Virus record (IMG/VR): IMGVR_UViG_3300036768_001490 | Coordinates: 1 to 64,000 of that record | Source of the DNA: a virus | Direction: 5' to 3' (one strand) | Length of the DNA: 64,000 bases | Part shown: in pieces, positions 16,653-25,037 of the stretch | Position numbering within the stretch: position 1 is the first letter of the stretch | Layout: every line of letters starts with the position of its first letter | Made by a program: the position numbers and the translations under genes | Notes under the pieces: generated by a model | The model's database searches: none | What the model saw: the letters and a program-made list of their open reading frames with translations, nothing else | What the model was told of the DNA's origin: nothing

Positions 16653-17615
16653 TTACTCGCACTGGATGCAGCCCCGGTCATGGAGCCGGCTGCCAAGGAC
16701 AATGAGGTCGAACGTATTGACCGACTCGCGCAGGCGATCAACGAAGTCCTCCACGGTCGCTGCCTGCCGGTGGAGTCTTTCCAGGTCGCGCGTGATGCGC
16801 TCCAGGTCGTGGCAGTCGCAGCACGGCTGCGCGCACTTGTCCACCAGGCGGATGCCGTTGGCAATCGGCTCGACCTGGAGGCAGTCGGTGCCGACAATGT
16901 GAAAGTCGCCGGTGGGGGTCGGGCCGACTCCGTTGATGGTGCGGATGGGGTCGGTCACGGCGGCATCCCCCTCGCAGACGCATTCCTCGACCGTGCCCTC
17001 GCCGGAGATGGCATTGAAGCGGATGATTGGATCCTGTCCGGCGATGAGGACGGGGACGATCTGCATGTTCTGCCCGGCCTGAAGCTCCACGACCCCTTGC
17101 AGGGGCGGTGAGCGCTGGTCGCCGTTGACACAGACCAGCGCGGACACGCCGCGGATGATCGGCCGCACCGCGTCCGGCTCCAGCCGCGCGTTCTCCAGGG
17201 AGAAGGTCCAGAAGCCGGGCGGCTGCCCGTCGATGTTTTCCAGGCGGCCGATGACGACCTTGCCCACCGTGTCTGCGAACGGTTCGATGCCGCCCAGGAC
17301 ATAGGCCGTGTTGCGCCGGTGGGCCTGCCGGGCGATGAGGGCCGTGGCCACGGGGACTGGCTCGGAGCCCGTCGCCGCCGGCTGGTAGCCGACGACCACG
17401 GAGTAGCCAGTGGCGTAGGCTCCCACGTGGCGGATGAAGAAGCGTCCGGGATCGACGTCCATGCCGGCATGCACGGGCAGGTCGAGTTCGACGATGAAGT
17501 CGTCCGGGATGGTGAAGCTGCCGGAATCGTCTATGCCGCTGGAGTCGTCCGTGAGCGGGTACTTGCGCTGCGCGTTGTGGTTGAGGAACTCCAGGTTCCA
17601 GAGGCCCAGTGACAC
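16653..17615 (-). CDS. Tail fibre/baseplate-peripheral protein, paralogue 1 of 5
   Basis: EFLNHNAQRKYPL; GVVELQAGQNMQI; IRTINGVGPTPTGDFHI; CAQPCCDC followed by coiled coil. GTG start. Confidence 0.7.
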   Translation of the reverse strand: MSLGLWNLEFLNHNAQRKYPLTDDSSGIDDSGSFTIPDDFIVELDLPVHAGMDVDPGRFFIRHVGAYATGYSVVVGYQPAATGSEPVPVATALIARQAHRRNTAYVLGGIEPFADTVGKVVIGRLENIDGQPPGFWTFSLENARLEPDAVRPIIRGVSALVCVNGDQRSPPLQGVVELQAGQNMQIVPVLIAGQDPIIRFNAISGEGTVEECVCEGDAAVTDPIRTINGVGPTPTGDFHIVGTDCLQVEPIANGIRLVDKCAQPCCDCHDLERITRDLERLHRQAATVEDFVDRLRESVNTFDLIVLGSRLHDRGCIQCE

Positions 17616-17670
17616 GGTGGTCCCTCCCTGGCGCTGGCCATTCTGTTTCCTTGCTTCCTGGTCGCAGCGG

Positions 17671-19494
17671 TCAGCTGCCTGCCGTCACGATGCCGACCTG
17701 GCGGAGGATGCCGACCTCAGCCGGGAACCCGTCCGTGGCCAGGCGGCGCACCGTGAAGTAGACCGTTTCTCCCGGCGCCACGGGGAACGGCTCGCTTTCT
17801 GCTTCCACGTACTGGTTGGCAGTGGCCAGGACGCCCTGCGTGTTGCAGGTGACGGCAAACTCCTCGCTCCCTGTCGGTAGCGGCAGGGGGGCCGTCAGCC
17901 CGGCGGGCGGCCGGGGCACGCGGCGCGCGCTGAAGACGAGCTGGGGCAGCGTGCCGGCGGCCCGTGCCAGGACGCTGAAGCGCAGCCTCATCCGGGGCGC
18001 CGGCAGGGACAGGTCGCTGGGCACCTGGACCTTGGCCCGGTACTCCTCCTGCACACCCGGCCGGAAGCTGATGAACATGAGATCGTGGAAGTGTTCCTCC
18101 TCGGCGCCGGCCAGGCGGACCAGCTGGACCTCCAGCTCCTTCGTCTCCGCCGGCGTGACGGCGATGCCGACCAGCCCCTGGTAGACCTGCCGCTCGACGC
18201 CCTGGATGGTCCGCGGCACGGGCGGAACATTGGCAGCCAGCGTGACGTTGCCGGACAGGCCGTAGACTCCTTCCACCAGGGGTCCGCGCCGGAACTCGGC
18301 CGTTTCCGGGTCGAACTCCTTGAGGGCGTGGTGCCCGGCCGCGTTTTCGGCCACGGCCAGGTGGAGGTCCAGGAACAGTTCCAGGTGGCCCGTGCTGGCC
18401 GCGCGCTCCTCGCCGTAGCAGCGCACCTTGATCCGCTGGTCGCCCGAGTGTAGCGACAGCACGGACGTCGCGTCGGTGACGAAATTGGACCGCGTGAACC
18501 ACAGCGTCATGGCCATGTGCAGGCGCCGTGGGCATTCCGGCGTGACCGAGTCCGACAGGCTGTGGGAAACTCCGGTCTGGTAGTCGGTCGGCCAGGGCAC
18601 GTCGCCGTGGCAGTCGGACAGCCACCAGATGCCGTGCCGGTCGAGCAGGCACAGGCCGTGCGGTCCGAGCGGCACGCCCGTGGCCCCCACCGTTGCGTCG
18701 AGGCCGCGGTCCCACTCCAGGTATGCCTGGTCGATAGGCTGCGGCGGCCAGGCGTGCTGCAACGCCGGCTCGGCAGCCAGGTTGTAGCCGAACACGGCGC
18801 CGGGAGGCGCCTTGCCGAGGAAGCTGGCATGGTCCGCGGGCAGCCAGCCGCGCAGGCTGGGGTCCGGGTCCGTGATGACGTGCCGTCCCCCTGGCGGGGG
18901 TGGGCTGGTGCTGCCGGCGGGGGCGCACACGAGGCGGAAGCAGTAGTGCGTGTGACGGTCCAGCGCGTCCACGAACCGTGGGGTCACGAACACCTTCCCG
19001 TCCGGCGTGGCGCGCAGGACAGGCACGGCGACGGGAGGCTGGTCCCGCGTCAGGGCGCCGGCCGCCCGGGCAGACAGGTAGTAGTCTCCCGGCTCCGCCG
19101 GCAGGGCTCCCTCGATGGCGGCGCTGATGTCCACGTCGTCCAGGCCAAAGAGCAGGATGTCGGCCAGGGTCGCGTTGATCTTGTCGGCAACGATGCCCCA
19201 GACCCGGGCGGTGTCCGCGGCCCGCAGCCTGCCGGTGGCCGGGTCGGTTTCCGCCTGGGCCAGGCCGCGCTCGAAGCGGAACGTCTGGTGGTTGTACCAG
19301 ACGGCCATGCCCTGCTGGACCTCGGGCTCGACGCTCTGCCGCCGCGCGTAGACGGTCGATCCGGTGCCGGCCGCCTGGAGGACGTCCCAGAGGTAGCGGA
19401 CGTTCTGGTCGATCTGGCGGAGCGGCCGGTTGATCCGGCCGGCCTGTACCGGGTCGCCTTCCCGGATGAGGCGTAGGAAGCTCTCGAAGGACAT
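17671..19494 (-). CDS. Tail fibre/baseplate structural protein (607 aa)
   Basis: Start MSFESF (RBS GGAGGA); AGRINRPLRQIDQNVRYL resembles a fibre N-terminal anchor; PGDYYLSARAAGALT. Confidence 0.65.
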   Translation of the reverse strand: MSFESFLRLIREGDPVQAGRINRPLRQIDQNVRYLWDVLQAAGTGSTVYARRQSVEPEVQQGMAVWYNHQTFRFERGLAQAETDPATGRLRAADTARVWGIVADKINATLADILLFGLDDVDISAAIEGALPAEPGDYYLSARAAGALTRDQPPVAVPVLRATPDGKVFVTPRFVDALDRHTHYCFRLVCAPAGSTSPPPPGGRHVITDPDPSLRGWLPADHASFLGKAPPGAVFGYNLAAEPALQHAWPPQPIDQAYLEWDRGLDATVGATGVPLGPHGLCLLDRHGIWWLSDCHGDVPWPTDYQTGVSHSLSDSVTPECPRRLHMAMTLWFTRSNFVTDATSVLSLHSGDQRIKVRCYGEERAASTGHLELFLDLHLAVAENAAGHHALKEFDPETAEFRRGPLVEGVYGLSGNVTLAANVPPVPRTIQGVERQVYQGLVGIAVTPAETKELEVQLVRLAGAEEEHFHDLMFISFRPGVQEEYRAKVQVPSDLSLPAPRMRLRFSVLARAAGTLPQLVFSARRVPRPPAGLTAPLPLPTGSEEFAVTCNTQGVLATANQYVEAESEPFPVAPGETVYFTVRRLATDGFPAEVGILRQVGIVTAGS

Positions 19495-19544
19495 CCTGTC
19501 CTCCTCCCTGGTTGGTCCAGCCCTCCGCTGCTCCCCTGGCCGCG

Positions 19545-20204
19545 TCAGGTGAGTTTCAGCCGCCATTCCACGCCGACCTGGGACGTCGGCAGCTTGGCCT
19601 GCTGGTCGCCAGCGCCGGCGTACCAGCGGCTCAGGACCAGGTCGCGGGTGGCGTCGTCCTTGTCCACGAAGGCGACCAGGGCGGCACCGAACACCTTGCT
19701 GTTGTTCACGTCGGAAAACGGCTTGCCGTGGGTGCCGACGAGGCCGGACGTCTGGGCAAAGAAGACCGGCATGTTCCCCTTGGGGAACTTGTCCGCGTCG
19801 GACACCTCCAGGGTGCCGGCGATCAGGGGCACGCGGAGGTAATCGCGGTTGGGGCTGGTGCCCAGGTCGTTGTAGTAGTCGATGCCTTCTCCTGGCCCGC
19901 GCGTCACGACGGGTGGCGTCACGGGGTCGTCCGGGTCGGCCACGTTCTCGAACTCGATGTACATGCCGCCGATGCCGTACTGGTTGCCGCGGCGCAGCAG
20001 CAGGTTGCCGACGATGGCCCCCCACTCGTAGAGGACGTCGTTGTGCGTCCAGTCCGTGACGGGCAGCCATCCGGGCAGGACCAGGGAGGTAGGGCGCTGG
20101 ATGGTCCGGCCGTCGTCTTCCTGGTGCCAGACGCAGACCGGCCGGCCCGCGACGCGGTGCAGGCGGACCTCTCCCCGCGGACATGGCGCAGCTTCGACGG
20201 GCAT
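19545..20204 (-). CDS. Baseplate/fibre attachment protein (219 aa)
   Basis: AAGGAGG RBS; position after the gpI-like wedge; beta-rich. Confidence 0.55.
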   Translation of the reverse strand: MPVEAAPCPRGEVRLHRVAGRPVCVWHQEDDGRTIQRPTSLVLPGWLPVTDWTHNDVLYEWGAIVGNLLLRRGNQYGIGGMYIEFENVADPDDPVTPPVVTRGPGEGIDYYNDLGTSPNRDYLRVPLIAGTLEVSDADKFPKGNMPVFFAQTSGLVGTHGKPFSDVNNSKVFGAALVAFVDKDDATRDLVLSRWYAGAGDQQAKLPTSQVGVEWRLKLT

Positions 20205-20220
20205 GGTGCCCTCCTTTTCT

Positions 20221-21768
20221 TCAGATGCAATGGCCGCCGACACGGACCAGACGGACCTCCTCTTCCAGGAACGTGTCTGCCGCGACCTCTTCCTCGCAGG
20301 TGCGTCCTAGAAAGTAGCGTACTTCCTCGCTGTAGCCCGGGGCTTCCTCGCTGCCCGGGCCTTCCATGATAATCTCGTCCGTGTCCGTTTCCAACTGCAT
20401 CAGGAGGATGTAGGCCATGTGCGGCGGCAGCAGTTTGCGCAGGACGCGGACATGTCCCAGGCCCAGGTGGTGCGGCCCCTGCCGGCGCGGCCGCAGCTGG
20501 ATTACCAGCAGGTTGTTGCGGAACACGTTCTGGAGCAGGAAACCGAGGGCATTGACCTTCCTGGGAAGGGCCAGCGGTCCCGGGCGCATGTCCCGGGCCT
20601 CGGGCGGCCGCGTGTCCAGCAGCATGGCCAGGGTCTGTCCACGGGCGACCCCCGCCGCGTGTGTCATGCTCCAGAACCTTTCCACATCGGCCGGGTAGCC
20701 GCCAAGCTCAAAATACACGCGCGTTGGCGTCTCCGGCCCGTCGTCCTCCACGACCAGGTCCACCTCCTTGTTGGCGAAGACCACGTCCTGGTAATACCCC
20801 TCATCCAGGAAGCCGCGCCCGACGGCCAGGGCCTTGATTTCAGGCGGCACCTGGCCGCGGTGGAACGTGAAGAAGCGCAGCGTGTCGGTCAGCGGCTGCC
20901 CGGGCGCCAACCAGTCGCCCACGCGCACCAGCACGGTGCTGTCCCGGTGGAAGGAGTAGGCGCGCCGGCTGGTCACGACCCACTGGTGCCGGCCGTCGCG
21001 GAAGATCAGCTCGACTACCTCGTCTCCCTCAGCCAGGGGCACGTCGCAGATGGCGCTGAGGGCTGCCTCCAGGCTGCGCTCCGTGGCCCCTTCCACCAGG
21101 CAGTCGAAGACGGCGTTGACCAGCGCCAGGGCCTGCGGCGTGGACGGCAGTTGCAAGCCGACGGCGTAGCCGTACTGCGTATGCACCGCGTCTCGGTCCC
21201 AGCCGCTGCGGTACAGCCAGAGGGTTGCCTCGCGGTCCTGGACGCGGCCGTCCACGTAGATTTCCCGCTGTCCCACGCGCTCGTCCGCGAAGGGGTCTTG
21301 CCGGAACCAGATGGCCCCGTTGTCCAGGAAGAAGTCCACGCCCCTGGACCAGGTGAGGCTGGGGGAGGTGATGCGGTTGCTGATGACCAGGACATCGGCC
21401 AGTCCGGCCGGCAGCGGCCAGACATGGTAGCGCGTGTCCAGGGGCTGGTCGTACACCAGCCCGTCCGCATACGTGAACTGGCCGTCGTGGCGGGCCAGGT
21501 TGGCCACGGTCCGGTTCTTCTCAGAGGCGCGCAGGCGCAGGCAGTACCAGTTGTCCGTGTGCAACAGGGGCAGCCGGGACCGGCTCAGGCTGGCCGCCAG
21601 GTGCAGGATGTCGTCGTGGGACTGCTGGGCGAGCTGGCCCCGCGCGTACAACATGCTTTCGACCAGGAAGTTTCCCGCGTAGATGCCGGACCAGAAGCCG
21701 CCTACCTGACGCAAAAGTACCTGGGCGTTGTCGAGGTCAGACGCGGGGAAGCGGAAACTGTCGCCCAT
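20221..21768 (-). CDS. Baseplate wedge protein (gpI/gp7-like)
   Basis: GFWSGIY...YGYAVGLQL...LVNAVFDCLVEGATERSLEAALSAI; position after gpJ once the inserted cassette is removed. Confidence 0.6.
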   Translation of the reverse strand: MGDSFRFPASDLDNAQVLLRQVGGFWSGIYAGNFLVESMLYARGQLAQQSHDDILHLAASLSRSRLPLLHTDNWYCLRLRASEKNRTVANLARHDGQFTYADGLVYDQPLDTRYHVWPLPAGLADVLVISNRITSPSLTWSRGVDFFLDNGAIWFRQDPFADERVGQREIYVDGRVQDREATLWLYRSGWDRDAVHTQYGYAVGLQLPSTPQALALVNAVFDCLVEGATERSLEAALSAICDVPLAEGDEVVELIFRDGRHQWVVTSRRAYSFHRDSTVLVRVGDWLAPGQPLTDTLRFFTFHRGQVPPEIKALAVGRGFLDEGYYQDVVFANKEVDLVVEDDGPETPTRVYFELGGYPADVERFWSMTHAAGVARGQTLAMLLDTRPPEARDMRPGPLALPRKVNALGFLLQNVFRNNLLVIQLRPRRQGPHHLGLGHVRVLRKLLPPHMAYILLMQLETDTDEIIMEGPGSEEAPGYSEEVRYFLGRTCEEEVAADTFLEEEVRLVRVGGHCI

Positions 21769-21816
21769 CGGTGAGGACCGTGTTACCTGGAGCCGGCCGT
21801 GACCGGCAGGGGACGG

Positions 21817-21853
21817 AAAGAAAAAGGGCGGACGGTCCGTGGACCGCCCGCCC
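21817..21853 (-). terminator. Rho-independent terminator closing the matrixin/cytochrome cassette
   Basis: Minus strand GGGCGGGCGGTC-CACG-GACCGTCCGCCC (12 bp, one G-U) followed by TTTTTCTTT. Confidence 0.85.
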
Positions 21854-21894
21854 GGTGCCCGTGGACAACGACGACGTCTGCTTCTGTCCGGTGG

Positions 21895-22587
21895 TCAATG
21901 ACAGCTCGGGCAGTCGGCTTGGCCCAGGCCCCGGCAGCCACGGTCGGAACGGTAGTTGACCTGCCGCTGCTGGCGAATGACCGCTTGCGGACGCTCCTGG
22001 ACGGTCACTCGCTCGATCACGCTGCGGAACTCCTGGTAGTTGGAGCCTTTCTCGCGCACCTGGTCCGAGCAGCAGCCGTCCGGGCAGGAAGCGGACCTGT
22101 CTTCCTGCTGTGTCACGTCAGCGGCCGGCGCCACGTAGCGGCGCTCGATCACCTCGGTGCGCACGGTCGCCGGGGCCGCGTAATAGTAGACCACGTTGTC
22201 TGGCACAAAGCGCACGTTGGCAGCGCTGTGGTTCGCAAAGCTGAACGTGTTCAGCTGGTTCAGCAGGCCGCGGGAGCGCCGGTCCACCAGCAGCTGCTCG
22301 CTGACGACGTGGCCAGGCACCACGTTGTTATGGACGACCAGTCTGCGCTGCCCGCTGCTGCTCACTGCGGCGGTCGCCGCGGCACCGCCTGTCGTGGTCA
22401 CGCGGGTCGTGCTGCGCCGGCCAAACAGGGCGCCGAGCAGGCCGCCGCTCCGCTCCGTCTGGGTCACTGTCTGCTGCGTGTTGCCGCTGCGGACAGCTAA
22501 AGAATTGCCCCGTGCGGCCTGCGGGCCGCCGGTGCCTACCAGCAGGGCGGCTGCCGTGCCGACAAGGGCAACCAGGGACTTGGGCAT
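21895..22587 (-). CDS. Secreted protein with Cys-rich C-terminus ending in CPSCH
   Basis: AAGGAGG RBS; signal-like MPKSLVALVGTAAALLVG; V/R/Q-rich body; SCPDGCC and terminal CxxCH (21898-21912). Confidence 0.7.
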   Translation of the reverse strand: MPKSLVALVGTAAALLVGTGGPQAARGNSLAVRSGNTQQTVTQTERSGGLLGALFGRRSTTRVTTTGGAAATAAVSSSGQRRLVVHNNVVPGHVVSEQLLVDRRSRGLLNQLNTFSFANHSAANVRFVPDNVVYYYAAPATVRTEVIERRYVAPAADVTQQEDRSASCPDGCCSDQVREKGSNYQEFRSVIERVTVQERPQAVIRQQRQVNYRSDRGCRGLGQADCPSCH

Positions 22588-22634
22588 CGTTTGCCTCCTT
22601 CTGTCTGTGCGCTGGTTGGGGGATGGGTGAAGTG

Positions 22635-23324
22635 TCATTCTCCCTTGGACAGGGCATACTGGAGGAGCGTGGCCAGGTGTTTGGGCTCCATTGCCTTGGA
22701 AGCGTCGTTGGCAGCGGTCGGCGGCATCGTACCGCTGGATGCCATGCCGTAAATCTTCCAGCGCTTGTCACTGCTGTGCCGGGCCAGGACCAGGCCGCCG
22801 CTGCCGTCGTCCAGGACCAGGCGGAACTCCGTGCCGTTGGGACCGCTGGCGCGCCCGGACGCACCGTGGCAGCCAAGGCAGTTGGCACGTCCCTGGTATG
22901 CCGCGATGACCTGCTGCTGGAGTTCCAGAGGAGTCGCCGTGTCCGGCGCCAGGGACTGGGGCTTGTTGGGCTGCTGGGGCTGGTTGGTGGACTGTGGACG
23001 TGGCGCTGTCGGCTGCGGCACGTTACCGGACACCAGGGCGCGCAGCTCCTCTCGGATGACGTCGCGGATGTAGGCTTTCTCGCGGTACGCCTCTCCGATG
23101 GAGTAGTAGTACGGCTGGCCGTAGGCGTACACGGGCACGGCCCGCGAGTCCACGGGCACGGTTACGACATAGGGAGCGACGGCGATCTCCTGGGCAATGA
23201 TCTTCTGCACGGGGTAGACCTGGGGTGCCGGCGCCGTGTAGGTGTGGGAGTAGTTGGAGCAAGGTACGCTCCGTTGGGGTTGCCCTGGCAGCAGTGCCAG
23301 GGCAAGGAACATGGCCGAGTGCAT
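22635..23324 (-). CDS. Secreted monoheme c-type cytochrome-like protein (planctomycete-type)
   Basis: Signal MHSAMFLALALLPG; Y/V/P-rich region; NCLGCHG (22866-22880); distal GTMPP (candidate Met ligand). Confidence 0.75.
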   Translation of the reverse strand: MHSAMFLALALLPGQPQRSVPCSNYSHTYTAPAPQVYPVQKIIAQEIAVAPYVVTVPVDSRAVPVYAYGQPYYYSIGEAYREKAYIRDVIREELRALVSGNVPQPTAPRPQSTNQPQQPNKPQSLAPDTATPLELQQQVIAAYQGRANCLGCHGASGRASGPNGTEFRLVLDDGSGGLVLARHSSDKRWKIYGMASSGTMPPTAANDASKAMEPKHLATLLQYALSKGE

Positions 23325-23337
23325 CCTTGCTCTCCTT

Positions 23338-25014
23338 TCACTTGTCAGGGCGCATTTTCCCGCTTTTGCGGCGTTCGAGCAAGAGCAACCCGGACTCCTG
23401 GAAGCCGCCGCGCTCCCAGGTATGGCGCGGTACGGGCACGCCGGAGAGGGCCAGGCGTCCCAGGCGTCCTTTGGTGGACCCTTCCGGGTAGTCGGGCGTG
23501 CCAGGACCGTAGGCGAGGGCGTCGGACAGCTCCTGGGCGTCCGTGCCCAGCTCGCGCGCCGCCTGGTCCAGCGTGACGGGCTTGTTGTACCAGGCCCGGA
23601 TTCGCTGGAAGCTCTGCACGCTCTCCTGCGGCGTCAGGCCCGTGCATTCACGGACGAACTCGGCATAGTTCTCCTGGTCCTGCTGGATCAGCTTCCGCAT
23701 CTTCTGCTCTTGCAGGTGGAACTGGTTGATCCGCTCCATGCGGCCGGCGTCGTAGGCATAGAGCTTGAGCCCCTCGCGCAAAAGCAGGGGCATCTCGTTG
23801 CGGTAGCCCAGGATGCCGACGTCGTGGCAGTGGATGCAGGAGCGTGGCGTGAGCAGAACCGTGTTGTGCGGACCGGACGGGTCTCCCTTGACCAGGAACG
23901 GGTTGGCGAAGTCCACCCCTTTGCCCTGGCCGTCGCTGAGGAAGTAATACTGGGCGCCGCGCTCGTCCTGGAAGATGTGTTCTCCGGCGTCGAACTTCAG
24001 CGGGAAGGGGTTCTGCACGAAGTCCTGGTCCCCGGCCGTGCGGAAGACATCGAAAGTGCGCCAGTAAATTCCGATCTTGCTACGCACGCGCCAGACGATG
24101 CGGTTGTTGTAAGCCACGCCGGACATGCCCTGGTCGATCAGCCCTCCCTTGTCGGTCGGGAACTCCTTGAGGTGGTCGAACTCCACCAGCCAGGCCGACT
24201 CGAACTCGGCCGCCGTGCGCGGCGCCTCGCCCTTGACCTTCGTTTTGACCTTCTTGACGACCTCGACCTCCTCCTCGTGCGGCCGCACGCTACCGTCCGT
24301 GTAGCGGTAGTTCACGACCTTCTTTTCCTTCACCTTCTTCTCGACCACGCGGTCAAAGGTGGCATTGGCGTACAGCAGCTGGTAGTAGAACGCCTTGGGG
24401 TTGAAGATCTCTGCTCCCTTGGCGTTGATGAACTCGCCGTTGTCGAAGACGTACCACAGCCACCAGTCACCGCGCACGACGGGGTTGGCCCGCGTCTCGT
24501 GCCGCAGGTAGTTCAGCCCCTTGGCGGCGCTGGGGATGATCGGCTCGCGGTAGTACGGGTCTTCCGCGGAGATATTCTCCCAGACCTGTGGCGACCAGTT
24601 GAACCAGCACAGGTCGATCCAGTAGATGCGGTTGTCCGTGTTGGGCACGGGCCGTGGCAGGTAAGTGATCGGCGTGCGCGCCGCGTCGTTGCACCCCTTG
24701 AACAGGGCGCTGGTAGCCGCGGGCAAGAGCTGCCGTGGCACCTCGGCCAGGCTGAAGAAGCGGATGCGGCAACGGTCCTTGTCGTTGACCGTGGCCAGGA
24801 ACTCGGCGCAGCGCTCGAAGATCTGCTCTGGGCTCCAGGCCGGAAACTCGGGCGTCAGCCGGTTGCGCAGGCGCTCCAGGTGCGGGTCGGGCGGCTTCTC
24901 GGCCTGCTTTGCCGCGTTCGTTCCCTGGGCAGGGGCCGGTGGCGCTGCTCCTTCTTGCGCCAGTAAGGCAACGGCTACCGTCGCCAGGCCAAGGACAGCG
25001 ACCAGCTGGCGCAT
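23338..25014 (-). CDS. Secreted 558-aa protein with a single CxxCH (c-type cytochrome domain, planctomycete-like)
   Basis: Signal MRQLVAVLGLATVAVALLAQE; DAGEHIF...GAQYYFLSDGQG...RSCIHCHDVG (23824-23838). Confidence 0.72.
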   Translation of the reverse strand: MRQLVAVLGLATVAVALLAQEGAAPPAPAQGTNAAKQAEKPPDPHLERLRNRLTPEFPAWSPEQIFERCAEFLATVNDKDRCRIRFFSLAEVPRQLLPAATSALFKGCNDAARTPITYLPRPVPNTDNRIYWIDLCWFNWSPQVWENISAEDPYYREPIIPSAAKGLNYLRHETRANPVVRGDWWLWYVFDNGEFINAKGAEIFNPKAFYYQLLYANATFDRVVEKKVKEKKVVNYRYTDGSVRPHEEEVEVVKKVKTKVKGEAPRTAAEFESAWLVEFDHLKEFPTDKGGLIDQGMSGVAYNNRIVWRVRSKIGIYWRTFDVFRTAGDQDFVQNPFPLKFDAGEHIFQDERGAQYYFLSDGQGKGVDFANPFLVKGDPSGPHNTVLLTPRSCIHCHDVGILGYRNEMPLLLREGLKLYAYDAGRMERINQFHLQEQKMRKLIQQDQENYAEFVRECTGLTPQESVQSFQRIRAWYNKPVTLDQAARELGTDAQELSDALAYGPGTPDYPEGSTKGRLGRLALSGVPVPRHTWERGGFQESGLLLLERRKSGKMRPDK

Positions 25015-25037
25015 GCGTGGTCCTCCCTGCTGCCTTC

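Noticed and set aside
16653-16830. CCDCH in fibre paralogue 1 as a fourth heme-c site
   Set aside because: No signal peptide; it is part of the C-x-P-C-C-x-C motif shared with the neighbouring paralogue, which lacks the His.
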